From: Escherichia coli
Lineage (GTDB): Bacteria; Pseudomonadota; Gammaproteobacteria; Enterobacterales; Enterobacteriaceae
DNA length: 64,000 nt
Reading direction: 5' to 3' (one strand)
NCBI RefSeq assembly: GCF_051903065.1
Contig: NZ_CP178438.1
A model generated the notes under the pieces. It worked only from the letters and a program-made list of their open reading frames with translations, was not told the origin of the DNA and did not search any database. Position 1 is the first letter of the stretch; the number at the start of each line of letters is the position of its first letter. A program made the translations under genes and the position numbers. Below, in pieces: positions 1 through 15,044 of the stretch.

Positions 1-2079
<2,079 letters not shown>

Positions 2080-2173
2080 ACAACGCCGAAGCTGTTTTGG
2101 CGGATTGAGAGAAGATTTTCAGCCTGATACAGATTAAATCAGAACGCAGAAGCGGTCTGATAAAACAGAATTT

Positions 2174-2293
2174 GCCTGGCGGCCGTAGCGCGGTGGTCCC
2201 ACCTGACCCCATGCCGAACTCAGAAGTGAAACGCCGTAGCGCCGATGGTAGTGTGGGGTCTCCCCATGCGAGAGTAGGGAACTGCCAGGCATC
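2174..2293 (+). rRNA. rrf: 5S ribosomal RNA
   Basis: Matches the canonical E. coli 5S sequence from tgcctggcggccgtagcgcggtgg to gggaactgccaggcat. Confidence 0.96.
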
Positions 2294-2299
2294 AAATAA

Positions 2300-2336
2300 A
2301 GCGAAAGGCCATCCTGACGGATGGCCTTTTTGCGTT
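2300..2336 (+). terminator. Rho-independent terminator of the rrn operon
   Basis: GC hairpin aaaggccatcctgacggatggccttttt followed by a T-run immediately after 5S. Confidence 0.7.
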
Positions 2337-2371
2337 GGTGAAAAAAATGCCGGATGCGACGCTGGTGAACA

Positions 2372-3273
<902 letters not shown>

Positions 3274-3825
3274 TCCAGGAGATGCTCCTGCATGGCTTTC
3301 AGATATGCATTTTCTGCGCGAAGATAACGCAGCTCATTCTTCATCTCTTCCGGCGTCATGTTTGCCTCGTTTTCATGGGTATCATCAGAACGGGTCATGC
3401 TTTTCTCCTTCCTGCGCCTGATAAAGGCCTCATTACCAGATTTGCGGTAGCCTTTTATCCAGTTTTTAACCATGTTGTGGCTGGGAATGTTAAACCGGGC
3501 AGCTACCCGGGGTAGAGACTCAGAATGCCCGAGAGCATAAAGAACCACGCAAAGTTTATCTTCAGGAGAATAGCTACGCTTGTGTCTGCAATCCAGTGCC
3601 TGAGGACCGTGAAGAAGAAAAAGATTAATCCAGTGTGAGAGGCTGGTGTGAGAAAGTTGAAAGAGTTTTGCCGTAGAAATGATGCCTGCATGACCGGCCA
3701 GGTAATGATTTACAGCGGCAAGTTTTACTTCAAATGAATGTTTCATAAACTGCACCTTCAGATGTCAGATTATGTCCAACATTTGGGGTGCAGTTCATGG
3801 CGCGTCTTATCCAGCCTACTCTTGC

Positions 3826-4353
3826 TTATCCGTTCTGCTTTTGCATCCACTCCACCACAAAATCAGCCAGCCCCTCAACATCATTAATATCCAGTAATGC
3901 GACATCAAGATTAAGCGGCACATCACTGGCTACAGCAATAACATGCCTGTCTATCACTAATTCTTCCGGTCGATGTCCGGCTCTATCGCGAAACAGCACA
4001 ATCTTTGCGATCTCTTCATGCTTAAACCCTTCGACCAGAATCAAATCCAGCTTTGAGGTATCCATTCGACTTGCGAGAAAATGTAGATCCAGCTCTTCTT
4101 CGTCTGGTGTTTCCGTCATCAAGGCCCATCGTTGCTGGCTGGCAACGATGGTTTGTGCCGCGCCAGCCTTGCGCAGCTCATAGCTATCTTTGCCTGGCTT
4201 ATCAACATCCATATCATGGTGCGTATGCTTAATCAGCCCTGGACGGAGCCCTCTGGCGCATAATGCCGGGATCAGTTTTTTCAAAAGCGTAGTTTTTCCG
4301 GTACCACTCCACGCGGCAAAGGCGAGTAACGGTATCATCGTTTTTCCTGCCAT
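3826..4353 (-). CDS. mobB: Molybdopterin-guanine dinucleotide biosynthesis adapter protein MobB
   Basis: 175-aa ORF with Walker A motif AWSGTGKTT; overlaps mobA by 19 nt. Confidence 0.9.
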   Translation of the reverse strand: MAGKTMIPLLAFAAWSGTGKTTLLKKLIPALCARGLRPGLIKHTHHDMDVDKPGKDSYELRKAGAAQTIVASQQRWALMTETPDEEELDLHFLASRMDTSKLDLILVEGFKHEEIAKIVLFRDRAGHRPEELVIDRHVIAVASDVPLNLDVALLDINDVEGLADFVVEWMQKQNG

Positions 4354-4919
4354 CGGGCAAGCTCCTCTGGCGTATTCACGTTAACAAATGCATCTTTATG
4401 ATCGCTGAAATCAACCGCATGCCCGCCAGCCAGACGCATAAATGCCATTACCCGGCGTTCTCCTGCTTGCAGATATTCCAGTAATAAAGGCTCAATAGCG
4501 CGGTTTACCAGAGCAATAGTCGGGTGATCGCGTTCACCGTCATGGACCCACACGACAGGCGCATCTTTGCGCTGATGATTAAGCCGGGCGGCTAAATCAG
4601 GGGGAATGTAAGGCGTATCGCAAGGGCAAAACAAAAACCACTCACCAGCTTCCTGCTGCATTACTGAAAGCATTCCTGCCAGAGGGCCTGGGTAATCCGC
4701 CAGTGAATCTTCAATCACTTTCAGACCGCCTGCCTGATAGATTTCCTGATGACGATTAGCATTAACCACGACGTGAGAGAGCTGCGTCATAAGCGCGTCA
4801 GCGACATGTTGCCACAGCGGTTTGCCATTTAAGTCCAGCAATCCTTTATCTACGCCGCCCATTCGTCTGGCTTTACCGCCTGCCAGCACAACGCCTGTTA
4901 TCGTCGTCATCAGATTCAC
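4335..4919 (-). CDS. mobA: Molybdenum cofactor guanylyltransferase MobA
   Basis: 194-aa ORF with [11 protein letters not shown] motif; the operon partner mobB lies downstream. Confidence 0.92.
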
Positions 4920-4988
4920 CGATATCGCCTCTTTTATTGTGGGATTGACCCTGCTAACGTGTCTGTCTCAAGAGTAAGGAGCATTACT

Positions 4989-5258
4989 ATGAAATGTAAA
5001 CGTCTGAATGAAGTTATTGAACTCCTCCAGCCAGCCTGGCAAAAAGAGCCAGATCTTAACCTGTTGCAATTTTTGCAGAAACTGGCGAAAGAGTCAGGTT
5101 TTGACGGCGAACTGGCGGATTTGACGGATGACATTCTGATCTATCACCTGAAAATGCGTGATTCCGCGAAAGATGCGGTGATCCCGGGTTTGCAGAAAGA
5201 TTATGAAGAAGACTTCAAAACGGCGCTGTTACGCGCTCGCGGCGTAATTAAAGAGTAA
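4989..5258 (+). CDS. yihD: DUF1040 protein YihD (89 aa)
   Basis: Internal ATG start ([14 protein letters not shown]...) chosen from recognition; the ORF track extends 10 codons upstream. Confidence 0.82.
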
Positions 5259-5334
5259 AAGCTTGTAAGCGGCGCCACCAAAATCATCGTGAAATGATAT
5301 CCTTCATCATTCGTAATGTTTTCCGGATGATGGG

Positions 5335-6321
5335 ATGAACAACAGCGCTTTTACTTTCCAGACACTACACCCGGATACCATCATGGACGCTCTGTTTGAG
5401 CAAGGGATCCGGGTGGATTCCGGTCTTACCCCGCTTAACAGCTATGAAAACCGTGTCTATCAATTTCAGGACGAAGATCGTCGACGTTTTGTCGTCAAAT
5501 TTTATCGCCCTGAACGTTGGACAGCCGATCAAATCCTCGAAGAACATCAATTTGCGTTGCAGCTGGTAAATGATGAAGTTCCGGTCGCAGCACCTGTGGC
5601 CTTTAACGGTCAGACTTTATTGAATCATCAGGGATTTTATTTCGCTGTTTTTCCCAGCGTCGGTGGTCGCCAGTTCGAAGCTGATAATATCGATCAGATG
5701 GAAGCGGTTGGGCGTTATTTAGGGCGTATGCACCAGACGGGGCGCAAACAGCTTTTTATCCATCGCCCGACCATCGGTCTGAATGAATATCTCATTGAGC
5801 CACGCAAGCTGTTTGAGGACGCTACACTGATACCTTCCGGGTTGAAAGCGGCATTCCTGAAAGCGACAGATGAGCTGATCGCCGCCGTTACAGCACACTG
5901 GCGGGAAGATTTCACCGTTCTGCGGCTACATGGAGACTGCCACGCCGGGAATATTCTCTGGCGCGATGGTCCAATGTTTGTTGATCTGGATGATGCACGT
6001 AATGGTCCAGCTATTCAGGATTTGTGGATGTTGCTCAATGGCGATAAAGCCGAGCAGCGGATGCAACTGGAAACTATTATTGAAGCTTATGAAGAATTTA
6101 GCGAGTTCGACACCGCTGAAATCGGACTGATTGAACCTTTACGCGCCATGCGTTTGGTTTATTATCTTGCCTGGCTAATGCGGCGTTGGGCTGATCCCGC
6201 GTTCCCGAAAAATTTCCCGTGGTTAACCGGGGAAGATTACTGGCTACGACAGACGGCGACTTTTATAGAACAGGCAAAAGTTCTACAAGAACCCCCTTTG
6301 CAATTAACACCTATGTATTAA
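5335..6321 (+). CDS. srkA: Stress-response Ser/Thr protein kinase SrkA (RdoA/YihE)
   Basis: 328-aa ORF recognised as YihE; kinase-like HGDCHAGN and DLDD motifs; sits immediately upstream of dsbA as in E. coli. Confidence 0.9.
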   Translation: MNNSAFTFQTLHPDTIMDALFEQGIRVDSGLTPLNSYENRVYQFQDEDRRRFVVKFYRPERWTADQILEEHQFALQLVNDEVPVAAPVAFNGQTLLNHQGFYFAVFPSVGGRQFEADNIDQMEAVGRYLGRMHQTGRKQLFIHRPTIGLNEYLIEPRKLFEDATLIPSGLKAAFLKATDELIAAVTAHWREDFTVLRLHGDCHAGNILWRDGPMFVDLDDARNGPAIQDLWMLLNGDKAEQRMQLETIIEAYEEFSEFDTAEIGLIEPLRAMRLVYYLAWLMRRWADPAFPKNFPWLTGEDYWLRQTATFIEQAKVLQEPPLQLTPMY

Positions 6322-6337
6322 TCGGAGAGAGTAGATC

Positions 6338-6964
6338 ATGAAAAAGATTTGGCTGGCGCTGGCTGGTTTAGTTTTAGCGTTTAGCGCATCGGCGGCGCAG
6401 TATGAAGATGGTAAACAGTACACTACCCTGGAAAAACCGGTAGCTGGCGCGCCGCAAGTGCTGGAGTTTTTCTCTTTCTTCTGCCCGCACTGCTATCAGT
6501 TTGAAGAAGTTCTGCATATTTCTGATAATGTGAAGAAAAAACTGCCGGAAGGCGTGAAGATGACTAAATACCACGTCAACTTCATGGGTGGTGACCTGGG
6601 CAAAGATCTGACTCAGGCATGGGCTGTGGCGATGGCGCTGGGCGTGGAAGACAAAGTGACTGTTCCGCTGTTTGAAGGCGTACAGAAAACCCAGACCATT
6701 CGTTCTGCTTCTGATATCCGCGATGTATTTATCAACGCAGGTATTAAAGGTGAAGAGTACGACGCGGCGTGGAACAGCTTCGTGGTGAAATCTCTGGTCG
6801 CTCAGCAGGAAAAAGCTGCAGCTGACGTGCAATTGCGTGGTGTTCCGGCGATGTTTGTTAACGGTAAATATCAGCTGAATCCGCAGGGTATGGATACCAG
6901 CAATATGGATGTTTTTGTTCAGCAGTATGCTGATACTGTGAAATATCTGTCCGAGAAAAAATAA
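6338..6964 (+). CDS. dsbA: Periplasmic thiol:disulfide oxidoreductase DsbA
   Basis: 208-aa ORF with signal peptide and the CPHC active site. Confidence 0.96.
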
Positions 6965-6978
6965 TTCAATGTAAATTA

Positions 6979-7011
6979 CATAAAGCCCGTGAATATTCAC
7001 GGGCTTTTTTT
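6979..7011 (+). terminator. Rho-independent terminator after dsbA
   Basis: Hairpin gcccgtgaatattcacgggc followed by a T-run. Confidence 0.6.
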
Positions 7012-7118
7012 ATTATTTTATAAATATAAATACATTCTGATAATGCATCCTGCCGCTGGACATTATTTCAGCATAAGTGGATATTCAAAGTTTTGCTGTT
7101 TTATCAGGGAATATTTAT

Positions 7119-7379
7119 ATGATACGTAAGTCAGCTACAGGTGTTATTGTTGCGTTAGCCGTAATCTGGGGTGGTGGCACATGGTACACAGGTACGCAAA
7201 TTCAGCCTGGTGTCGAAAAATTTATTAAAGATTTTAACGATGCTAAAAAGAAAGGTGAACATGCCTACGATATGACGTTAAGTTATAAAAACTTTGACAA
7301 AGGCTTTTTTAATTCCCATTTTCAAATGCAAATTTCATTTGATAACGGTGCACCCGATCTCAATATCAAGCCAGGCCAG
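7119..7379 (+). pseudogene. yihF: yihF 5' fragment (DUF945 protein), interrupted by IS1
   Basis: The frame MIRKSATGVIVALAVIWGGGTWYTG... runs directly into the IS1 terminal repeat; the remainder of the frame resumes after the IS. Confidence 0.8.
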
Positions 7380-7394
7380 GGTAATGACTCCAAC

Positions 7395-7898
7395 TTATTG
7401 ATAGTGTTTTATGTTCAGATAATGCCCGATGACTTTGTCATGCAGCTCCACCGATTTTGAGAACGACAGCGACTTCCGTCCCAGCCGTGCCAGGTGCTGC
7501 CTCAGATTCAGGTTATGCCGCTCAATTCGCTGCGTATATCGCTTGCTGATTACGTGCAGCTTTCCCTTCAGGCGGGATTCATACAGCGGCCAGCCATCCG
7601 TCATCCATATCACCACGTCAAAGGGTGACAGCAGGCTCATAAGACGCCCCAGCGTCGCCATAGTGCGTTCACCGAATACGTGCGCAACAACCGTCTTCCG
7701 GAGCCTGTCATACGCGTAAAACAGCCAGCGCTGGCGCGATTTAGCCCCGACATAGCCCCACTGTTCGTCCATTTCCGCGCAGACGATGACGTCACTGCCC
7801 GGCTGTATGCGCGAGGTTACCGACTGCGGCCTGAGTTTTTTAAGTGACGTAAAATCGTGTTGAGGCCAACGCCCATAATGCGGGCTGTTGCCCGGCAT
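7395..7898 (-). CDS. insB: IS1 InsB (made as an InsAB' fusion by frameshift)
   Basis: 167-aa ORF overlapping insA in the -1 frame, as is typical for IS1. Confidence 0.9.
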
Positions 7899-8092
7899 CC
7901 AACGCCATTCATGGCCATATCAATGATTTTCTGGTGCGTACCGGGTTGAGAAGCGGTGTAAGTGAACTGCAGTTGCCATGTTTTACGGCAGTGAGAGCAG
8001 AGATAGCGCTGATGTCCGGCGGTGCTTTTGCCGTTACGCACCACCCCGTCAGTAGCTGAACAGGAGGGACAGCTGATAGAAACAGAAGCCAC
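7817..8092 (-). CDS. insA: IS1 InsA
   Basis: 91-aa protein [23 protein letters not shown]... with a zinc-finger-like N-terminus. Confidence 0.9.
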
Positions 8093-8147
8093 TGGAGCAC
8101 CTCAAAAACACCATCATACACTAAATCAGTAAGTTGGCAGCATCACC

Positions 8148-9326
8148 CCAGGCCAGAAAGTTGTATTTGATGTGGATGTTGAGCACGGTCCGTTGCCCAT
8201 CACAATGTTAATGCATGGTAATGTCATCCCAGCACTGGCAGCGGCAAAAGTGAACTTAGTGAATAATGAACTGACACAACCGCTATTTATCGCCGCGAAA
8301 AATAAATCGCCCGTGGAAGCGACATTGCGATTCGCGTTTGGTGGCTCATTCTCTACGACATTAGATGTTGCCCCTGCAGAGTATGGAAAGTTTTCTTTTG
8401 GTGAGGGCCAGTTTACTTTTAATGGTGATGGTAGTTCATTGTCTAACCTGGATATTGAAGTCAAAGTCGAAGATATTGTTCTGCAATTATCACCAATGAA
8501 CAAAGTAACGGCAAAAAGTTTTACCATTGATTCTCTGACACGATTAGAAGAAAAGAAATTTCCGGTTGGTGAAAGCGAGTCGAAATTTAATCAGGTTAAT
8601 ATTATCAATCAGGGGGAAGACGTTGCCCAAATCGATGCTTTCGTTGCAAAAACCAGGCTGGATCGCGTTAAAGACAAAGATTATATCAATGTCAATCTGA
8701 CCTACGAACTTGATAAGTTAACAAAAGGGAATCAGCAACTCGGTAGTGGTGAGTGGTCATTGATTGCTGAATCTATTGATCCCTCAGCAGTGCGCCAATT
8801 TATCATCCAGTATAACATTGCGATGCAGAAGCAGCTTGCTGCACACCCTGAGTTAGCAAACGATGAAGTTGCTCTGCAAGAAGTGAATGCTGCATTGTTC
8901 AAAGAGTATTTACCGTTATTACAACAAAGTGAGCCGACCATTAAACAACCGGTAAGATGGAAGAACGCACTCGGCGAACTAAATGCCAATCTGGATATCA
9001 GTATTGCCGACCCAGCCAAATCTTCATCATCCACAAACAAAGATATTAAATCGCTCAATTTTGATGTGAAGATACCGCTTAATGTCGCCACAGAAATCGC
9101 AAAACAGCTTAATTTATCTGAAGGAATGGATGCGGAAAAAGCGCAAAAGCAGGCTGATAAACAAATCAGCGGGATGATGACATTAGGTCAGATGTTTCAG
9201 TTAATCACGATTGACAACAATACCGCCTCGCTGCAACTGCGTTATACACCGGGTAAAGTTGTTTTTAACGGACAGGAGATGAGCGAAGAAGAATTTATGT
9301 CTCGTGCCGGACGTTTTGTTCATTAA
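8148..9326 (+). pseudogene. yihF: yihF 3' fragment (DUF945 protein)
   Basis: The frame restarts in phase at the duplicated CCAGGCCAG; the two fragments minus the duplicated codons reconstitute about 476 aa. Confidence 0.8.
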
Positions 9327-9366
9327 AATACTCACTCGCCTCTGCTCATTCAGAGGCGAGCAAAAT

Positions 9367-10323
9367 TTACTTGTCCTGCCGCTGTGATGACATCAACGAC
9401 GTCAGAAGCCGGTCTTTTTCCTGCCACAGTGAGTTCAGCCATTGCTGAAAATGGCGCTTAAAGCTTTTGTCATTGATGTAGTCGCCATGTAACTCATCGG
9501 CAACAGGCTGCAAATCCACATGTACGACAATCCGCGTCAGTTTACCGCTTAACATATCGAAGAACGGCTGACGGTTATTGTCCGGATAACACAGCGTAAC
9601 ATTAAGCAGTTTATCGAATTGTTTACCCAGTACATTTAGCGCCATCGCAATGCCTGCCGCCTTTGGTGGCAACAAGTTTTGAAAAGTGGAGTGGGTTTGC
9701 TGATGTTTTTCTTGCGTGAAACGGGAGCCTTCAACGAAATTGACAATGGTGGTGGGATGCAGGCGAAACTTTTCACAAGAACGCCGAGTGGTTTCAACAT
9801 CTTTACCACGTCGCTCCGGATGACGTAATAAATAAGCGCGGGAATAACGCTTCATAAACGGCATATCCAGCGCCCAGCACGCCAGGCCAAGAAATGGCAC
9901 CCAGGCCAGCTGTTGCTTGAGGAAATATTTATTCATCGGAATGTGCTTACGAAACAGCACGCACAGTACGACAATATCTGCCCAACTACGGTGGTTACAA
10001 ATAAGCAGATACCAGTTCTTCTTACTTAACCCTTCCAGCCCGTGAACTTCCCATTGCAGGTGTGGGTTCAGATGCAGTAATACCGCCAGACCTTCACACC
10101 AGCAATACATCATAAAATCACAAAAACGCGAAACCTTTCGCCAAATGACTGGCACAGGTAGCAATAGTTTTACAATCCCGGCAATGATGATCGGGACGGA
10201 ACAAAAAATAGTGACCAAAATGGTCAATACGATACTCAGCAAAAGGGTTATCGCAGCGAGTATTCTCGTCATAATGAATTTATTCAAAAGGTTAGCCATA
10301 GACAGTGCGCTAAAGAAGCGCAA
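9367..10323 (-). CDS. yihG: Putative PlsC-family acyltransferase YihG
   Basis: 318-aa ORF with N-terminal membrane segments and the acyltransferase HxxxxD motif (NHRSWAD); K-12 position between yihF and polA. Confidence 0.85.
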   Translation of the reverse strand: MRFFSALSMANLLNKFIMTRILAAITLLLSIVLTILVTIFCSVPIIIAGIVKLLLPVPVIWRKVSRFCDFMMYCWCEGLAVLLHLNPHLQWEVHGLEGLSKKNWYLLICNHRSWADIVVLCVLFRKHIPMNKYFLKQQLAWVPFLGLACWALDMPFMKRYSRAYLLRHPERRGKDVETTRRSCEKFRLHPTTIVNFVEGSRFTQEKHQQTHSTFQNLLPPKAAGIAMALNVLGKQFDKLLNVTLCYPDNNRQPFFDMLSGKLTRIVVHVDLQPVADELHGDYINDKSFKRHFQQWLNSLWQEKDRLLTSLMSSQRQDK

Positions 10324-10379
10324 GGCGCAGATTTTAGCAGAAAACGACCCAAATAACGGATGATCCTTAAGGAGAAAAA

Positions 10380-10545
10380 TAATTCATATCTATCCACATT
10401 AGAAAAAATCCCATTATCTCAATTATTAGGGATGGCTTTATTTTTAACTGCATGAAAAACAAAGACAAACATCATGCTGTAAAAAGCATGATAATAAATT
10501 AAAAGCGATGTAAATAATTTATGCACAAAGTTATCCACATGACGA
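10380..10545 (+). promoter_or_regulatory. polA upstream region with DnaA-box-like sequences
   Basis: TTATCCACA-type 9-mers (tatccacat, gttatccacatg) upstream of polA; the functional assignment rests on memory of the polA promoter. Confidence 0.35.
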
Positions 10546-10662
10546 TTTGCGAGCGATCCAGAAGATCTACAAAAGATTTTCACGAAAAGCGGTGAAAAAC
10601 TCATGTTTTTATCCTGTCTGTGGCATCCTTTACCCATAATCTGATAAACAGGCACGGACATT

Positions 10663-13449
10663 ATGGTTCAGATCCCCCAAAATCCACTTATCCTTGTAGA
10701 TGGTTCATCTTATCTTTATCGCGCATATCACGCGTTTCCTCCGCTGACTAACAGCGCAGGCGAGCCGACCGGTGCGATGTATGGTGTCCTCAACATGCTG
10801 CGCAGTCTGATCATGCAATATAAACCGACGCATGCAGCGGTGGTCTTTGACGCCAAGGGAAAAACCTTTCGTGATGAACTGTTTGAACATTACAAATCAC
10901 ATCGCCCGCCAATGCCGGACGATCTGCGTGCACAAATCGAACCCTTGCACGCGATGGTTAAAGCGATGGGACTGCCGCTGCTGGCGGTTTCTGGCGTAGA
11001 AGCGGACGACGTTATCGGTACTCTGGCGCGCGAAGCCGAAAAAGCCGGGCGTCCGGTGCTGATCAGCACTGGCGATAAAGATATGGCGCAGCTGGTGACG
11101 CCAAATATTACGCTTATCAATACCATGACGAATACCATCCTCGGACCGGAAGAGGTGATGAATAAGTACGGCGTGCCGCCAGAACTGATCATCGATTTCC
11201 TGGCGCTGATGGGTGACTCCTCTGATAACATTCCTGGCGTACCGGGCGTCGGTGAAAAAACCGCGCAGGCATTGCTGCAAGGTCTTGGCGGGCTGGATAC
11301 GCTGTATGCCGAGCCAGAAAAAATTGCTGGGTTGAGCTTCCGTGGCGCGAAAACAATGGCAGCGAAGCTCGAGCAAAACAAAGAAGTTGCTTATCTCTCA
11401 TACCAGCTGGCGACGATTAAAACCGACGTTGAACTGGAGCTGACCTGTGAACAACTGGAAGTGCAGCAACCGGCAGCGGAAGAGTTGTTGGGGCTGTTCA
11501 AAAAGTATGAGTTCAAACGCTGGACTGCTGATGTCGAAGCGGGCAAATGGTTACAGGCCAAAGGGGCAAAACCCGCCGCGAAGCCACAGGAAACCAGTGT
11601 TGCAGACGAAGCTCCAGAAGTGACGGCAACGGTGATTTCTTATGACAACTACGTCACCATCCTTGATGAAGAAACACTGAAAGCGTGGATTGCGAAGCTG
11701 GAAAAAGCGCCGGTATTTGCATTTGATACCGAAACCGACAGCCTTGATAACATCTCTGCTAACCTGGTCGGGCTTTCTTTTGCTATCGAGCCAGGCGTAG
11801 CGGCATATATTCCGGTTGCTCATGATTATCTTGATGCGCCCGATCAAATCTCTCGCGAGCGTGCACTCGAGTTGCTAAAACCGCTGCTGGAAGATGAAAA
11901 GGCGCTGAAGGTCGGGCAAAACCTGAAATACGATCGCGGTATTCTGGCGAATTACGGCATTGAGCTGCGTGGGATTGCGTTTGATACCATGCTGGAGTCC
12001 TACATTCTCAATAGCGTTGCCGGGCGTCACGATATGGACAGCCTCGCGGAACGTTGGTTGAAGCACAAAACCATCACTTTTGAAGAGATTGCGGGTAAAG
12101 GCAAAAATCAACTGACCTTTAACCAGATTGCCCTCGAAGAGGCCGGACGTTACGCCGCCGAAGATGCGGATGTCACCTTGCAGTTGCATCTGAAAATGTG
12201 GCCAGATCTGCAAAAACACAAAGGGCCGTTGAACGTCTTCGAGAATATCGAAATGCCGCTGGTGCCGGTGCTTTCACGCATTGAACGTAACGGTGTGAAG
12301 ATCGATCCGAAAGTGCTGCACAATCATTCTGAAGAGCTTACCTTGCGTCTGGCTGAGCTGGAAAAGAAAGCGCATGAAATTGCAGGTGAGGAATTTAACC
12401 TTTCTTCCACCAAGCAGTTACAAACCATTCTGTTTGAAAAACAGGGCATTAAACCACTGAAGAAAACGCCGGGTGGCGCGCCGTCAACGTCGGAAGAGGT
12501 ACTGGAAGAACTGGCGCTGGACTATCCGTTGCCAAAAGTGATTCTGGAGTATCGTGGTCTGGCGAAGCTGAAGTCGACTTACACCGACAAGCTGCCGCTG
12601 ATGATCAACCCGAAAACCGGGCGTGTGCATACCTCTTATCACCAGGCAGTAACTGCAACGGGACGTTTATCGTCAACCGATCCTAACCTGCAAAACATTC
12701 CGGTGCGTAACGAAGAAGGTCGTCGTATCCGCCAGGCGTTTATTGCGCCAGAGGATTATGTGATTGTCTCAGCGGACTACTCGCAGATTGAACTGCGCAT
12801 TATGGCGCATCTCTCGCGTGACAAAGGCTTGCTGACCGCATTCGCGGAAGGAAAAGATATCCACCGGGCAACGGCGGCAGAAGTGTTTGGTTTGCCACTG
12901 GAAACCGTCACCAGCGAGCAACGCCGTAGCGCGAAAGCGATCAACTTTGGTCTGATTTATGGCATGAGTGCTTTCGGTCTGGCGCGGCAATTGAACATTC
13001 CACGTAAAGAAGCGCAGAAGTACATGGACCTTTACTTCGAACGCTACCCTGGCGTGCTGGAGTATATGGAACGCACCCGTGCTCAGGCGAAAGAGCAGGG
13101 CTACGTTGAAACGCTGGACGGACGCCGTCTGTATCTGCCGGATATCAAATCCAGCAATGGTGCTCGTCGTGCAGCGGCTGAACGTGCAGCCATTAACGCG
13201 CCAATGCAGGGAACCGCCGCCGACATTATCAAACGGGCGATGATTGCCGTTGATGCGTGGTTACAGGCTGAGCAACCGCGTGTACGTATGATCATGCAGG
13301 TACACGATGAACTGGTATTTGAAGTCCATAAAGATGATGTCGATGCCGTCGCGAAGCAGATTCATCAACTGATGGAAAACTGTACCCGTCTGGATGTGCC
13401 GTTGCTGGTGGAAGTGGGGAGTGGCGAAAACTGGGATCAGGCGCACTAA
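10663..13449 (+). CDS. polA: DNA polymerase I
   Basis: 928-aa ORF with 5'-3' exonuclease, 3'-5' exonuclease and polymerase motifs ([23 protein letters not shown]). Confidence 0.97.
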   Translation: MVQIPQNPLILVDGSSYLYRAYHAFPPLTNSAGEPTGAMYGVLNMLRSLIMQYKPTHAAVVFDAKGKTFRDELFEHYKSHRPPMPDDLRAQIEPLHAMVKAMGLPLLAVSGVEADDVIGTLAREAEKAGRPVLISTGDKDMAQLVTPNITLINTMTNTILGPEEVMNKYGVPPELIIDFLALMGDSSDNIPGVPGVGEKTAQALLQGLGGLDTLYAEPEKIAGLSFRGAKTMAAKLEQNKEVAYLSYQLATIKTDVELELTCEQLEVQQPAAEELLGLFKKYEFKRWTADVEAGKWLQAKGAKPAAKPQETSVADEAPEVTATVISYDNYVTILDEETLKAWIAKLEKAPVFAFDTETDSLDNISANLVGLSFAIEPGVAAYIPVAHDYLDAPDQISRERALELLKPLLEDEKALKVGQNLKYDRGILANYGIELRGIAFDTMLESYILNSVAGRHDMDSLAERWLKHKTITFEEIAGKGKNQLTFNQIALEEAGRYAAEDADVTLQLHLKMWPDLQKHKGPLNVFENIEMPLVPVLSRIERNGVKIDPKVLHNHSEELTLRLAELEKKAHEIAGEEFNLSSTKQLQTILFEKQGIKPLKKTPGGAPSTSEEVLEELALDYPLPKVILEYRGLAKLKSTYTDKLPLMINPKTGRVHTSYHQAVTATGRLSSTDPNLQNIPVRNEEGRRIRQAFIAPEDYVIVSADYSQIELRIMAHLSRDKGLLTAFAEGKDIHRATAAEVFGLPLETVTSEQRRSAKAINFGLIYGMSAFGLARQLNIPRKEAQKYMDLYFERYPGVLEYMERTRAQAKEQGYVETLDGRRLYLPDIKSSNGARRAAAERAAINAPMQGTAADIIKRAMIAVDAWLQAEQPRVRMIMQVHDELVFEVHKDDVDAVAKQIHQLMENCTRLDVPLLVEVGSGENWDQAH

Positions 13450-13596
13450 GATTCGCCTGAACATGCCCTTTTTTCGTAAGTAAGCAACATAAGCTGTCAC
13501 GTTTTGTGATGGCTATTAGAAATTCCTATGCAACAACTGAAAAAAAATTACAAAAAGTGCTTTCTGAACTGAACAAAAAAGAGTAAAGTTAGTCGC

Positions 13597-13705
13597 GTAG
13601 GGTACAGAGGTAAGATGTTCTATCTTTCAGACCTTTTACTTCACGTAATCGGATTTGGCTGAATATTTTAGCCGCCCCAGTCAGTAATGACTGGGGCGTT
13701 TTTTA
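13597..13705 (+). ncRNA. spf: Spot 42 small RNA
   Basis: Sequence gtagggtacagaggtaagatgttctatctttcagacc...gccccagtcagtaatgactggggcgtttttta matches Spot 42; canonical position between polA and engB. Confidence 0.9.
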
Positions 13706-13728
13706 TTGGGCGAAAGAAAAAATCCGCA

Positions 13729-13820
13729 ATGCCTGATGCGCCATGTTTATCAGGCCAACGGTAGAATTGTAATCTATTGAATTTACGGGCCGGATACGCC
13801 ACATCCGGCACAAGCATTAA
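13729..13820. repeat. REP (repetitive extragenic palindromic) elements
   Basis: gcctgatgcgccatgtttatcaggcc ... gggccggatacgccacatccggcac palindromic units. Confidence 0.6.
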
Positions 13821-13830
13821 GGCAAGAAAA

Positions 13831-14463
13831 TTATTCGCCGTCCTGCGTTTCTTCTACAGGCTGCATCTCGCTAAACCAGGTATCCAGTTTCTGCCGCAGC
13901 TTGTCCACGCCTTGTTTCTTCAACGAAGAAAACGTTTCAACCTGCACATCACCGTTAAACGCCAGTACAGCTTCACGCACCATATTCAATTGCGCTTTAC
14001 GTGCGCCGCTTGCCAGTTTGTCCGCTTTGGTCAGCAACACCAGCACGGCGATATTGCTGTCTACCGCCCACTCAATCATCTGCTGATCCAAATCTTTCAG
14101 CGGATGGCGAATATCCATTAGCACTACCAGACCTTGTAGGCTCTGACGTTTTTCGAGGTACTCGCCGAGCGCGCGCTGCCATTTGCGCTTCATCTCTTCC
14201 GGGACTTCCGCATAACCGTACCCAGGCAAGTCAACCAGACGCTTGCCGTCAGCCACTTCAAACAGGTTGATAAGCTGGGTGCGTCCTGGGGTTTTTGAGG
14301 TACGAGCCAGGCTTTTCTGGTTAGTCAGCGTGTTCAGCGCGCTGGATTTACCTGCGTTGGAACGGCCTGCAAAAGCCACTTCAATTCCGGTATCGGAAGG
14401 TAGGTGGCGAATATCAGGCGCACTCATCACAAAATGCGTCTGTTGATAATTCAAATTAGTCAA
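13831..14463 (-). CDS. engB: Ribosome biogenesis GTPase EngB (YihA)
   Basis: 210-aa ORF with G1 motif GRSNAGKSS and G4 motif TKADK. Confidence 0.92.
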
Positions 14464-14733
14464 AGCGGTCGTCTCCGTCAGTCAAAGCTTTGTGGCGATT
14501 ATACCTGAACCATAATAAAAGGCGGATTTTTCGGCGTGAGCGTTGTAAGTAAAAGCCATACGCTTTGTGAGACATTGCCGATAGTCTTTATGCGAAATAG
14601 CAGAGAAAATTCTGCGATGCATGTCAAATAAGCTATATAAATCAGTGAATTGCTTTTATATAAAACTCTGAAAATGTGCAAATACTGATGGCGGTTGATT
14701 GTTTGTTTAAAGCAAAGGCGTAAAGTAACACCC

Positions 14734-14978
14734 ATAGAGCGAGGACGCTAACAGGAACAATGACTCAGGATGAGGGTCAGGAGCGCCAGGAGGCGAAGAC
14801 AGAGGATTGTCAGGAAGACAAACGTCCGGAGACGTAATTAAACGGAAATGGAATCAACACGGATTGTTCCGGCTAATGGAAAAACAGGGTGTGTTGGCGG
14901 CCTGCAAGGATTGTAAGACCCGTTAAGGGTTATGAGTCAGGAAAAAAGGCGACAGAGTAATCTGTCGCCTTTTTTCTT
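14734..14978 (+). ncRNA. csrC: CsrC small RNA (CsrA-sequestering)
   Basis: About 245 nt with many GGA motifs (caggatgagg, caggagcg, caggaagac, ccggagacg, tcaggaaa...) ending in the terminator ggcgacagagtaatctgtcgccttttttc; canonical position between engB and yihI. Confidence 0.85.
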
Positions 14979-15044
14979 TGCTTGCTTTCTGTTAGATTCC
15001 GCCGCAAATCTATACTGAATAAAACGGCTAAAAGACGAACCATT

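Larger units (their letters stand above)
7380..8147 (-). mobile_element. IS1 (768 bp) inserted in yihF
   Basis: Canonical IS1 ends (ggtaatgactccaacttattgatag ... ctaaatcagtaagttggcagcatcacc) and a perfect 9-bp target site duplication CCAGGCCAG on both sides. Confidence 0.95.

Noticed and set aside
6374-7000. 208-aa minus-strand ORF
   Set aside because: Exactly antisense to dsbA; dsbA has the signal peptide and CPHC motif, the reverse frame has no features.
8126-8527. 133-aa minus-strand ORF
   Set aside because: It overlaps the IS1 end and the resumed yihF frame in antisense; spurious.
10890-12219. Several 100-160 aa minus-strand ORFs
   Set aside because: All are internal and antisense to polA.
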